This document shows positions 19,350 to 28,898 of a DNA stretch of 64,000 nt, one piece after another; within the stretch, counting starts at the first letter, position 1; each line of letters begins with the position of its first letter. This stretch comes from a virus. The notes beneath the pieces were generated by a model. The model was given only the letters and a program-made list of their open reading frames with translations, did not search any database and was not told the DNA's origin. Location of the stretch: the IMG/VR virus record IMGVR_UViG_3300007214_000060, positions 29,397-93,396 of that record, one strand, 5' to 3'. Made by a program: the position numbers and the translations under genes.

Positions 19350-19764
19350 TACATATCCGTCAAAATATTCTAATGGCAAGTACGTAAGCGCAGCTCAATA
19401 CATAACCGAGCTAATTTGTGAAAACAAAGCCAAGCGAGACAAAGAAGATTTACACTATAGATTTTGGTTAAGTAAAAAATGGGAAAAATACTTTAGAAAT
19501 CAAATAGCCTCATCCCATAAGTTATTACAAACTTATTCTCCACAAGCAATAATTGGCGCATTAAAGAGCGATAAAGCTAAAAATACATACTCGCTAAGAT
19601 CACCATTTTTAAAAACCATAATAGAAGAACAAGAGAAGGTACTAGAAAGTAAAAATTCTAGTCTAAATATATCTTTTGACAGGTCGTCGGACAAAAAGTT
19701 TGAAACAAATAAAAATATAAAGGGATTACTATCAAAACTAGAGGACATAGACAATGAGCATTAA
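19342..19764 (+). CDS. Hypothetical protein
   Basis: ATG 19342 overlaps upstream gene end; end overlaps recA start. Confidence 0.55.
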   Translation: MADTYPSKYSNGKYVSAAQYITELICENKAKRDKEDLHYRFWLSKKWEKYFRNQIASSHKLLQTYSPQAIIGALKSDKAKNTYSLRSPFLKTIIEEQEKVLESKNSSLNISFDRSSDKKFETNKNIKGLLSKLEDIDNEH

Positions 19765-20773
19765 AGAAGATGTTGTTAAAAATTTTGGTGAAGATATAAT
19801 CTTGAGTGGAAATGCTATTATTGACAAAAAAGTACTAACAGTACCAGTTAGCCCTGCTTTGGATATGATACTAGGAGGAGGTATACCAGAAGGAAGTTTT
19901 GTGATATTAACTGGTCAACCAAAAGGCGGAAAAAGCGTAACGGCCCTAGATTTTGCAGCAACAGCACAAAAAGAAGAATACGCATACGGATCTTTTAAGG
20001 AGGGAAGACAAGTCTACTACTTCAATGTGGAAGGAAGACTAAAGAAAAGAGATATAGAAGGTATACCAGGTCTAAATCTAGATAGATTTCATGTTATAGG
20101 TTCGCAACAAGGTAAAATTTTACACGCAGAAGAGTATTTGCAAATTGCAGAAAAAGTAATAAACGAGGTGCCTGGATCGGTCGTAATAATAGACTCGTAC
20201 TCTGCTTTATGTACAGAGGCGGAAATAACTAGCGATATGGATAAGATGCAAAGGGCAGACGGAGCCAAACTTCTTGCTAAATTTTGTAGAAAAGTAGCTA
20301 ATGTTATACCGGTTAATAAAAATATAGTTATAGGTATTACGCACTTAATGGGTAATCCAACTGGTTATGGGGCAGAATTTAAAGAAAAAAGTGGTCAGGC
20401 TATAGCTTATCAAACCGACGTAAAACTTAGAATCAAAAAATTTAGTCCGTGGCTAGTGGGTACTGATAATACACAGATAGGGCAAGAGGTTGAGTGGCAA
20501 GTTATTTGCTCGGCTCTTGGTCCTCCTGGTGGGTCTATAACAAGTTACATACGGTACGGAGAGGGCATAGATAAATATACAGAAGCTATATGTTTAGCTT
20601 CGGATATTGGTCTGATACACAAGGGCGGCGCTTGGTACACCTTAACTTCTTTGGCCGATAAGCCAAAGTTTCAAGGTACTGAAAAAGTAAGAAATTATTT
20701 GATTGAAAATCAGTCGGCGTACACGGATCTGGTTAACTCTATCAAGAATACTATGGGCATAGCCACAAAATGA
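19754..20773 (+). CDS. recA: RecA/UvsX-family recombinase
   Basis: LDMILGGGIPEG, Walker A GQPKGGKS, Walker B VVIIDS, KGGAWY. Confidence 0.85.
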   Translation: MSIKEDVVKNFGEDIILSGNAIIDKKVLTVPVSPALDMILGGGIPEGSFVILTGQPKGGKSVTALDFAATAQKEEYAYGSFKEGRQVYYFNVEGRLKKRDIEGIPGLNLDRFHVIGSQQGKILHAEEYLQIAEKVINEVPGSVVIIDSYSALCTEAEITSDMDKMQRADGAKLLAKFCRKVANVIPVNKNIVIGITHLMGNPTGYGAEFKEKSGQAIAYQTDVKLRIKKFSPWLVGTDNTQIGQEVEWQVICSALGPPGGSITSYIRYGEGIDKYTEAICLASDIGLIHKGGAWYTLTSLADKPKFQGTEKVRNYLIENQSAYTDLVNSIKNTMGIATK

Positions 20774-21177
20774 AAGTTATAGATCTAAATGGACACCATA
20801 GTACTTGGAGCTTGACCGGCTGCTCTGCCAAGGCTAAACTAGATCATAAGTCATCATATCACATGAAGGCTAGGGGTTTGGTAAAAGAGCTTTTTCCAAC
20901 ACTGCAAATATTGGAAGAGGTCCCTATTTATATCAGAAAATCTGAAATATTATATCTAGACTTTTATTTGCCTCTTAAAAAAATGTGCATTGAGGTTCAT
21001 GGCGAACAACACTATAATTTTGTGAAATTTTATTATGGAACAAAACTAGATTTTCTAAGAGCACAAAAAAGAGATAAAGAAAAAGAAGAGTGGTGTGTAC
21101 TAAACGGTATAGAATATAAAGTTTTAAAGTACAACGAAACAATAGAGGAATGGTCTAATAGATTAAATACAATATGA
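20770..21177 (+). CDS. DUF559/Vsr-like PD-(D/E)xK endonuclease
   Basis: LDFYLP...IEVHGEQHY...QKRDKEK. Confidence 0.75.
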   Translation: MKVIDLNGHHSTWSLTGCSAKAKLDHKSSYHMKARGLVKELFPTLQILEEVPIYIRKSEILYLDFYLPLKKMCIEVHGEQHYNFVKFYYGTKLDFLRAQKRDKEKEEWCVLNGIEYKVLKYNETIEEWSNRLNTI

Positions 21178-21662
21178 CAAAATCTGCAAAAGAAGATCTA
21201 CAGCACTGGGATACTATTCTTGACGAGTATGAGAATAATATAAGTCTACCAGCCTATGTTGCTGACGGATTGCCGTCAGATGAGCTAAACCAATATTTAT
21301 CAATGAACAGAAACGAGATAGAAAAATTGGCGCCAGAAGATTGCGCACAAATATCTTACAGGTTGGGTCAATATAGTTTCCATATTCAAAGAACTCTAAA
21401 CAGAGAATTAGCCAGATATAATTGGGCAGAAGAGACGATCAAAGAGATCATAGCCGACGAGATCAACAACTACAAAGGCTACGGATATGTAGAAAAATAT
21501 TATCAGGCTGTTAAGCACAACGATAGGGCTGGAGCGCTATCTACTATAAAAAAATACGCTAAACAAAGATCAGACAGATTAAGTTACCTATCGAGCGGAA
21601 TTAAAAATTTAGCTGATATTTTACTAAATGTACAAAAAATAAAGGTGAAACATGGAAATTGA
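21174..21662 (+). CDS. Helical protein, possibly UvsY-like recombination mediator
   Basis: Coiled/helical composition and position near recA; no diagnostic motif. Confidence 0.35.
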   Translation: MTKSAKEDLQHWDTILDEYENNISLPAYVADGLPSDELNQYLSMNRNEIEKLAPEDCAQISYRLGQYSFHIQRTLNRELARYNWAEETIKEIIADEINNYKGYGYVEKYYQAVKHNDRAGALSTIKKYAKQRSDRLSYLSSGIKNLADILLNVQKIKVKHGN

Positions 21663-22107
21663 TGAGGGCGATTTTAAGCAACTAATAGTCCTACTGCAAA
21701 AGTTGGTAGAAAATCAAACGCCTAAACGCGATACCTCTGTTGACGAACAACAACAAGGAACCAGCGCTAACGGCACAAAGAAAAAAAGCAAAAAAGCAAA
21801 AGTTGCCAAAAACGACACAGAATCAGATGATAATGTGACGAATGAGTCTGTGCTCGTCACAAAGTCTAGGTCATACAGACCAGCGTTTTCTAATAAGTTC
21901 TCTGATATGCCAGAGAGCAAAATGCATAAAGACGACTCAATAATAGACAAAAAGCTAAATAGATTGCCTCCATCGCAAAGAACAAGAAGATACGAGCCAA
22001 TAAGTGTTTCTTGTCGGGTATGTGGTAGAAAAGAAAAGGTTAATCCTGTATTCGTAGAATCTAGTGAGCGATATAAGTGTAACAAATGCTCCACATCAGC
22101 AGGATAA
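21652..22107 (+). CDS. Hypothetical protein with C-terminal zinc ribbon
   Basis: CRVC...CNKC. Confidence 0.55.
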   Translation: MEIDEGDFKQLIVLLQKLVENQTPKRDTSVDEQQQGTSANGTKKKSKKAKVAKNDTESDDNVTNESVLVTKSRSYRPAFSNKFSDMPESKMHKDDSIIDKKLNRLPPSQRTRRYEPISVSCRVCGRKEKVNPVFVESSERYKCNKCSTSAG

Positions 22108-22134
22108 TAAATTAAAAACTAGGTATAAACCAAT

Positions 22135-23595
22135 ATGATGATATTATGCGATACGGCGGCGGAGAGAGCGGTTTTAGCTGGAATATGCTCCTATGGAGAA
22201 AATGCATATTTAGACATAGCAGATATTATTCAAGAAAGCACGTTTACTGTAGATAGTAATGGAGTGATATTTAGATGTCTTAAAAGACTGTGCGAAAATG
22301 AACATAGGCCGACCATAGACATAGCTTCTATATACTCTGCCGCACAAGAGCTAGGAGTTTCTCATCTTTTGGCAAAAAAGGATGAGGCACAACATCTAAA
22401 AGCTATATTAGACTTTCCGGTTAGCCTTGATAATGTGAGAAAATTTGCGGCCAAGATACGAAAATTAGAAATAGCCAGACTTTTACGCAAACAACTCGAA
22501 ACTGCCGCCGATAAAATCTTAGAAATTAATGGTAGTGAGTCCATAACTTCTATTCTCGGAATAGCTGAAGATACGATATTTAATTTCTCATCTCTGCTAA
22601 ACGACACAGACAATAATCCGGTTCATGTGGCGAAAGACATTGATAATTATATAAAAGATCTAGTAGAAAATCCTATAGATCAAATAGGTATACCAACTGG
22701 TTTTCCGGTATATGACCAGTCTATAGGAGGAGGATTTAGAAAAGGAACAGTTAATGTTATAGCTGCTAGGCCAAAGACCGGTAAGACTCTACTAGCCGAT
22801 AACATAGGATTCCATATAGCAAATAAATTAAAAATACCAGTATTGAATATGGACACAGAGATGAATGTTAAAGATCATATCAATAGAATATTAGCTATGA
22901 TGACAGAAACAGAAATATCCACAATAGAAACTGGTAAATTTGCATCGTCGCCAGATCAAAAGAATAAACTAAGCAATGCTTCCAATGAATTAAAAGAAAC
23001 GCCATTATTTTATAAAACAATAGCGGGAAAAGCTTTTGAAGAGCAATTAGCTTTAATGAGAAGATGGCTTGTTAAAGAGGTTGGTCTTAATGAAGACGGA
23101 ACAGCTAAACAGTGTTTGGTAGTATACGACTATATTAAACTAATGGATAGCGCGGGGATAAGTCAGGATATGAAGGAGTATCAAATTCTAGGATTCATGA
23201 TGACAGCATTACATAATTTTGCTGTAAGATACCAGATACCAATACTTGCTTTTGTTCAGCTTAACAGAGACGGTATAACTAAAGAAAGCACAGACACGGC
23301 AAGCGGATCTGATAGAATAATATGGTTATGTAGTAATTTTAGTATTTTCAAAAGAAAAAGCGACGAAGAAATAGCTGAAGATGGGCCGTCAAATGGTAAT
23401 CGTAAACTTTTACCACTAGTTAGTCGTCATGGTGGAGGTCTGGATGATAATGATTATATTAACTGTCATATGAAAGGGTGGTGCGCTAAAATTACAGAAG
23501 GTAGCACAAGATTAGAGTTATTAAATGGTTCAAACAATTCCTCTCGCGGAGACTTTGCGTTAAATGACAACGACGATGAAATCCCATTCGCTTGA
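22135..23595 (+). CDS. dnaB: Replicative DNA helicase
   Basis: AERAVLAG N-domain, GIPTGF, ARPKTGKT, DTEM, VYDYIKL, QLNR. Confidence 0.92.
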   Translation: MMILCDTAAERAVLAGICSYGENAYLDIADIIQESTFTVDSNGVIFRCLKRLCENEHRPTIDIASIYSAAQELGVSHLLAKKDEAQHLKAILDFPVSLDNVRKFAAKIRKLEIARLLRKQLETAADKILEINGSESITSILGIAEDTIFNFSSLLNDTDNNPVHVAKDIDNYIKDLVENPIDQIGIPTGFPVYDQSIGGGFRKGTVNVIAARPKTGKTLLADNIGFHIANKLKIPVLNMDTEMNVKDHINRILAMMTETEISTIETGKFASSPDQKNKLSNASNELKETPLFYKTIAGKAFEEQLALMRRWLVKEVGLNEDGTAKQCLVVYDYIKLMDSAGISQDMKEYQILGFMMTALHNFAVRYQIPILAFVQLNRDGITKESTDTASGSDRIIWLCSNFSIFKRKSDEEIAEDGPSNGNRKLLPLVSRHGGGLDDNDYINCHMKGWCAKITEGSTRLELLNGSNNSSRGDFALNDNDDEIPFA

Positions 23596-24721
23596 TCAAA
23601 ATAAGTTAAAAATAATGTGCGATGATCTTTGCGACAACATAGAAGAACTACTCGATGTTCTAAATTTAGAATATAGATTTAATCAGAAAATGATAACAAT
23701 GTCCTGTCCTATCCACAACGGGGATAACGCATCGGCCGTAAATATCTACCCAAGTGGTGAAAGATATAGGGGGAACTGGGTATGTAGAACTCATAGTTGT
23801 GAAAAGATTTTTAAACCATCTATTATAGGTTTTATTAGAGGAATTTTGTCTAATAGAAATCTGCATTGGGAAAAATCTGGAGACAAATTTTGCTCATTTA
23901 TCGAGGCTGTTAAGTGGTGTGAAAACTTCTTGAAGAAAGATTATAGTTCAATAAAAATTGATCATCTTGATAAAGAAAAGAAAACATTTGCTAATATGAT
24001 TCACTATATTAGTAATAATAAATTAAATGATACAACTATACCTAGGATAACAAGAAAACAAATAATTAACACTATAAAAATTCCAGCTAACTACTACATA
24101 GACAGATCATACTCAGAAGAGATATTGTGTAAGTACGATGTTGGATTATGTACAAACCCAGATAAAGCAATGCACAACAGGGTTGTTGTTCCAATCTATG
24201 ACAATGACTACAAATATATGGTTGGCTGTACCGGCAGAAGTATATTTGAAAAATGTAATAGATGCTCATCCTATCACGATAACACAATGAGTTGCCCAAC
24301 AGAAGACAAAAGATATATGTTTTCTAAATGGAAGCATAGTCAAGATTTTAAAAGTCAAAATCACTTATACAACTTCTGGTTTGCTAAAAAATTTATACTA
24401 CAAAGTCAAACAGCTATTGTTGTTGAAAGCCCAGGAAATGTTTGGCGATTAGAAGAAAATGGTATACATAATAGTATTGGTATATTTGGTTCTTCTCTTA
24501 GTGACAGACAAAAAATTTTACTAGATTCATCTGGCGCTATGTCTTTGGTGCTTTTGACAGATAACGACGAAGCTGGTAAAAAAGCGGCTGAACAAATTAA
24601 AGCAAAATGCCAAAATACTTATAGAATTTTTATGCCGCAAATATCGAAAAATGATGTTGGTGAAATGTCAAAAGACGAGATTCAAACAGAAATTAAAGAT
24701 TATATAAAGAGAGTAGTATGA
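23564..24721 (+). CDS. dnaG: DNA primase (CHC2 zinc finger plus TOPRIM)
   Basis: CPIH...CRTHSC, RVVVPIYD, VVE, DNDEAG. Confidence 0.85.
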   Translation: MTTTMKSHSLDQNKLKIMCDDLCDNIEELLDVLNLEYRFNQKMITMSCPIHNGDNASAVNIYPSGERYRGNWVCRTHSCEKIFKPSIIGFIRGILSNRNLHWEKSGDKFCSFIEAVKWCENFLKKDYSSIKIDHLDKEKKTFANMIHYISNNKLNDTTIPRITRKQIINTIKIPANYYIDRSYSEEILCKYDVGLCTNPDKAMHNRVVVPIYDNDYKYMVGCTGRSIFEKCNRCSSYHDNTMSCPTEDKRYMFSKWKHSQDFKSQNHLYNFWFAKKFILQSQTAIVVESPGNVWRLEENGIHNSIGIFGSSLSDRQKILLDSSGAMSLVLLTDNDEAGKKAAEQIKAKCQNTYRIFMPQISKNDVGEMSKDEIQTEIKDYIKRVV

Positions 24722-25308
24722 CAAAAATAATTGCTTTTGCTGGAAGAAAACAATCTGGGAAAACCACTTGTTCAGAATTTGTTTCTAACTATTTTATTTC
24801 TAAATTTGGATCAAAAAAAACAGCTAAAATATATAATTTCGCAGACCCATTAAAGAGGGATATTTGTATAAATATACTTGGCTTAACTTATGATCAGTGT
24901 TACGGATCAGATGAGAAGAAAAATGAGATTGTTGATTGCGAATGGGAAGGAAAGAAATTAACAGCCAGAGAGGTCATGCAGTTTGTTGGTACCGATATAT
25001 TTAGAAAAATGCAAAAAAATGTGTGGGCGGCAGCGACAATGAATAAAATAATGTCCGAAAAACCAGATCTAGCAATTATTGCTGACTGTAGGTTTCCCAA
25101 CGAGGTTGATGTTGTTAGAAAAGCTGACGGAGTTGTTATTAAACTTAACCGAAACCCATTTAACTCGGACCATCCTAGCGAAACGGCATTAGATTTATGT
25201 AACTATGATCATAGTAATTTTAATTGTACTATTTCTAATAGTAATATATCAATAAATGAACAAAATGAATTGATAAAGCAATTTTTAATTGGTGTAAATA
25301 TACTATAG
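24718..25308 (+). CDS. Deoxynucleoside monophosphate kinase
   Basis: GRKQSGKTT, FADPLK, REVMQFVGT, DCRFPNE, HPSE. Confidence 0.88.
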   Translation: MTKIIAFAGRKQSGKTTCSEFVSNYFISKFGSKKTAKIYNFADPLKRDICINILGLTYDQCYGSDEKKNEIVDCEWEGKKLTAREVMQFVGTDIFRKMQKNVWAAATMNKIMSEKPDLAIIADCRFPNEVDVVRKADGVVIKLNRNPFNSDHPSETALDLCNYDHSNFNCTISNSNISINEQNELIKQFLIGVNIL

Positions 25309-25357
25309 GGTCTAATGGGCCTAATTAAAATTTACATCAAATCTTAGAAAGAGAAAA

Positions 25358-27817
25358 ATGCAAGAGTATGCCGTTATTGTCAAAAATTTTGAACAATTAG
25401 ATTCTTTGTATAGAGACATGGAAAATAATGGATGCGGAGTTCACGATTGTTGTCCAGATAGGGTGGTTGATTGTTCGATCAGAAAACCGTATAGCAGAGT
25501 AACTTATTACAGATTAACAGAAGAAGAAGTTGATGTATTAAAAAGGGATCATAGGATAGAATCAATAGAACTAAGTTTTAAAGAGCAAAATATAGTAATT
25601 AAGCCGAATCATAGACAAACCGGAGTTTTTTCTAAGGTGCCATCGGCCAATAACCACAAAAACTGGGCTCTGCTATACGCATCAGATAATGGAACAGATG
25701 TGCCTTACTGGGGGCCGTTGGGATGGGCATATGCACATAATAATATACAAGCAACTATAGATTTCGACACAAATGCTCTTGGTGAGGGAGTAGATATTGT
25801 TATTGTTGATGGGGGTGTTGATTTTGATCATCCCGAATTCGCTGTTAACGATGACGGAACTGGCGGCTCTCGTTTCGTTCAGTACGATTGGTTTCAACAC
25901 GACCAAGCCGTCAAGGGTAGTCCGCAAACAGTATCTTATAACTATAACTCGAATGCGGAAAAAAGTCATGGTACTCATGTGGCCGGTATAGCTGCTGGTA
26001 ATACGCAAGGGTGGGCTAGAAAAGCTAACATATATAATATTAATATTTTTGATAACCAAATTAGTGGTTATATGATTTTTGATTATATTAAAGCTTTTCA
26101 TAATAGTAAAAATGGTAGTAGGCCGACCATTGTAAACTGCTCTTTCGGATATGAAGCTCCAGAGTATATTAGAGTAATGAGCGAAGGCCCAGATCATATG
26201 CCTGGCCTCATAACTACAATACCTTTTGATAAAAATAATCCATATATACCTCAAGAGATTACTAACATACATTACCAGGGAACAAATTACAACGAAAGGT
26301 TTGTTTATGGCGGTATCGAACCTAGATGTGAGCCCTCAGAGTATGCTGATGGATTGCCTGTAGAAATTTTTTGGAATACCGGTTACGAGTATTGTTGCGA
26401 GGTGGACACCCCCACTTGCTATCCTCGTGGTGGTGGTTATTGTCCATGCCAGACAGAGAGGGAAATATTTAATGATACAATATGTGGTCAAGACGTTGGT
26501 TTCGAACCATGCCCACCCGGCGGGGGCTGGTGCTTCTGGAGAATATATGAAAATGGCACTTTAGATGGGATTAATTATTATTATGTGCGAGATGTTCTGC
26601 CAGTTGCTCTTTCTCAAATAGATGTTGATGTTGCTGATTGCGTATCGGCCGGAGTTGTGGTGGTTGCCGCAGCTGGGAACGAGGGTAGATATATTGCTAA
26701 CAGCGACGACATTAATTACAATAATAGGATTGATACTCATCAGGGTCTCTCGTTCTACTATATGAGAAGAGCTAGTCCCGCCACAAATGCATCTTTGGTA
26801 GTTGGTGCTTTGGGAACGGAAAGAAAAGAAGACTTGGCGCCCGGGGCGCGGCCCGGGAGGTATCCTAGTCCGCAAAATCACATAGCTAGATTTTCTAATA
26901 AAGGTACCGGAGTAGATATTTGGGCTCCTGGAGAAGCTATAATCAGTTCTGATTTTGGACCACAAAATACAGCTAGTACTTTTCCGGATCCAAGAAACAA
27001 TAATTTTACTATAGGCGTCAAATCAGGAACGAGCATGGCTTCGCCGCAGATAGCAGGACTAATCGCTTGCGCAATGTCGATAGACAGTACAGTAAATTCG
27101 TCCAACGTAAAAACATACTTACTTAATAATGGAAGACAAAACGAGATATACTCTGGATGGCGGTCCAAACCTAAACCAATAGGGGCTGGTCCAACTTTCT
27201 CAAATGTCCAAAGTACTCTAAGTCCAAATAGTGTATCTAGTAAAAACTCTTACTCGTTAACATATGGTCCGTTGATTACGAACACAACCCCGCATGTAAA
27301 TACTATAAACCATATTTTTAAATATGGTGGAAAACAAAGTTTTTCATTGTCTAGTCTTAATAATACAAATAAAGTAAGAAAAATCTATAAATTTACTGGC
27401 AATAACAACTCTAACATAGCCAGATGGACCCCCAATAGTCCATTTTCTCAATTTAATCAACTTTTACCAAATGAAATATACTGGATAGAAAGTATATCTA
27501 CAAATTTTGCGGAGTACTGGTTAGGCGATGTCTATTCGGTATCTATAACGAACGACACATTAATTACAAATATAAATCAAATCATAGCATATTCTTGTTC
27601 AGATACATTTTATTTGTCTGATTTAAATACAAGCATACGTGCCAAAATTAGAAACATATACACTTTTACTGGGACTAACGGTAGCAACCTATCAAGATAT
27701 ACTCCAGGCAGCTTATTTAATCAATTCGATTCTCTTACTCCAGGAAAAATTTATTTTATAGAGAGTATATCTGAGGGGTTTTCTCAATACGAGCTACTAC
27801 CAAACCCGTGTGTGTAA
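25358..27817 (+). CDS. Subtilisin-like serine protease (S8) with Cys-rich insert and duplicated C-terminal module
   Basis: VDGG (D), HGTHVAG (H), AAGNE, GTSMASP (S). Confidence 0.9.
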   Translation: MQEYAVIVKNFEQLDSLYRDMENNGCGVHDCCPDRVVDCSIRKPYSRVTYYRLTEEEVDVLKRDHRIESIELSFKEQNIVIKPNHRQTGVFSKVPSANNHKNWALLYASDNGTDVPYWGPLGWAYAHNNIQATIDFDTNALGEGVDIVIVDGGVDFDHPEFAVNDDGTGGSRFVQYDWFQHDQAVKGSPQTVSYNYNSNAEKSHGTHVAGIAAGNTQGWARKANIYNINIFDNQISGYMIFDYIKAFHNSKNGSRPTIVNCSFGYEAPEYIRVMSEGPDHMPGLITTIPFDKNNPYIPQEITNIHYQGTNYNERFVYGGIEPRCEPSEYADGLPVEIFWNTGYEYCCEVDTPTCYPRGGGYCPCQTEREIFNDTICGQDVGFEPCPPGGGWCFWRIYENGTLDGINYYYVRDVLPVALSQIDVDVADCVSAGVVVVAAAGNEGRYIANSDDINYNNRIDTHQGLSFYYMRRASPATNASLVVGALGTERKEDLAPGARPGRYPSPQNHIARFSNKGTGVDIWAPGEAIISSDFGPQNTASTFPDPRNNNFTIGVKSGTSMASPQIAGLIACAMSIDSTVNSSNVKTYLLNNGRQNEIYSGWRSKPKPIGAGPTFSNVQSTLSPNSVSSKNSYSLTYGPLITNTTPHVNTINHIFKYGGKQSFSLSSLNNTNKVRKIYKFTGNNNSNIARWTPNSPFSQFNQLLPNEIYWIESISTNFAEYWLGDVYSVSITNDTLITNINQIIAYSCSDTFYLSDLNTSIRAKIRNIYTFTGTNGSNLSRYTPGSLFNQFDSLTPGKIYFIESISEGFSQYELLPNPCV

Positions 27818-27851
27818 TGTGTGCAAACTAGGAATTTTATAAAGGAAAGTA

Positions 27852-28898
27852 ATGATAATAACATATCTGAGAAGCAGCTCATATGGAACCCACTGTATGT
27901 GCGAACAGCAATACTTCATAGAGTACGTGCTTGGATACAGAAGCCCATCAAATAAAAAAGCTGACAAAGGAACCATAGTACACAAAGTTCTCGAAATTTT
28001 AGCCGGTATAAAATTAAGTCAGCAAAATAATGAATTAGAATATATTGATGATATTTTATCCAATATAAGCGTTGATAACTATGATTTAGACAATATTACG
28101 GAACGCGTTTACAATTACTATACGTCACAGTTTAAACACCACCAATGGGAACTCAAAGATTTTAAAGATTGTCACAAGTGGGTCTATAAAGCCCTCACTG
28201 ACCACAATGGTGTCTTTGACCCAAGATCAAGAACCATACTGATGCCGGAGCAGCACTTTGATATAGTGATCGATAAACCTTGGGCAGATTATAGGTACGA
28301 AACAAAAGATGGTGCTATTGAGGGAAAATTGGCTATTAAGGGAACAATTGATCTTATTACAAAAGTTAATGATTCCACCCTAGAGGTAATAGACTGGAAA
28401 ACCGGTAGACGACTAGACTGGGCAACAGGAGAAGAAAAAACTATTGAAAAACTGTATAAAGATCCTCAGCTCAAGATATACCATTATGCGCTCAGTAAAT
28501 TGTATCCACAATATGACCATATAATAATGTCCATCAATTTTATAAATGATGGTGGAGCATTTAGTATGTGTTTCGATAAGTCAGATTTATCTAGCACAGA
28601 AGACCTGATAAGAAAAAAGTTTGAAGAAATCAAATCGTGTAAAAAACCAAGATTAAGTAAAACATGGAAATGTAGCAAGCTCTGTCATTTTGGAAAAAAC
28701 ACGTTTCAAAATAATAACTCGGTTTTGCCTATAATAGAGTATAGAGATGGTCAAGCCTGTAAAAAGGGAGATTATATGACGGTGTGTGAACAAATCAGAC
28801 ACGATATAGAGCTTAACGGTATGAAGTCGGTGGTTGACACATACACGACCAAAGGTTATACTGTTGGTAAGTACAAAGCTCCGGGAAGCACAGAATGA
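27852..28898 (+). CDS. Cas4/AddB-like PD-(D/E)xK exonuclease (probable Fe-S)
   Basis: N-terminal C, GTIVH, GTIDLI, IDWKTG, QLKIY, C-terminal CSKLC...C. Confidence 0.8.
   Translation: MIITYLRSSSYGTHCMCEQQYFIEYVLGYRSPSNKKADKGTIVHKVLEILAGIKLSQQNNELEYIDDILSNISVDNYDLDNITERVYNYYTSQFKHHQWELKDFKDCHKWVYKALTDHNGVFDPRSRTILMPEQHFDIVIDKPWADYRYETKDGAIEGKLAIKGTIDLITKVNDSTLEVIDWKTGRRLDWATGEEKTIEKLYKDPQLKIYHYALSKLYPQYDHIIMSINFINDGGAFSMCFDKSDLSSTEDLIRKKFEEIKSCKKPRLSKTWKCSKLCHFGKNTFQNNNSVLPIIEYRDGQACKKGDYMTVCEQIRHDIELNGMKSVVDTYTTKGYTVGKYKAPGSTE

Noticed and set aside
27852-28898. Cas4-like gene as part of a CRISPR-Cas system
   Set aside because: No repeat-spacer array or other cas genes seen; replication context fits a stand-alone phage exonuclease
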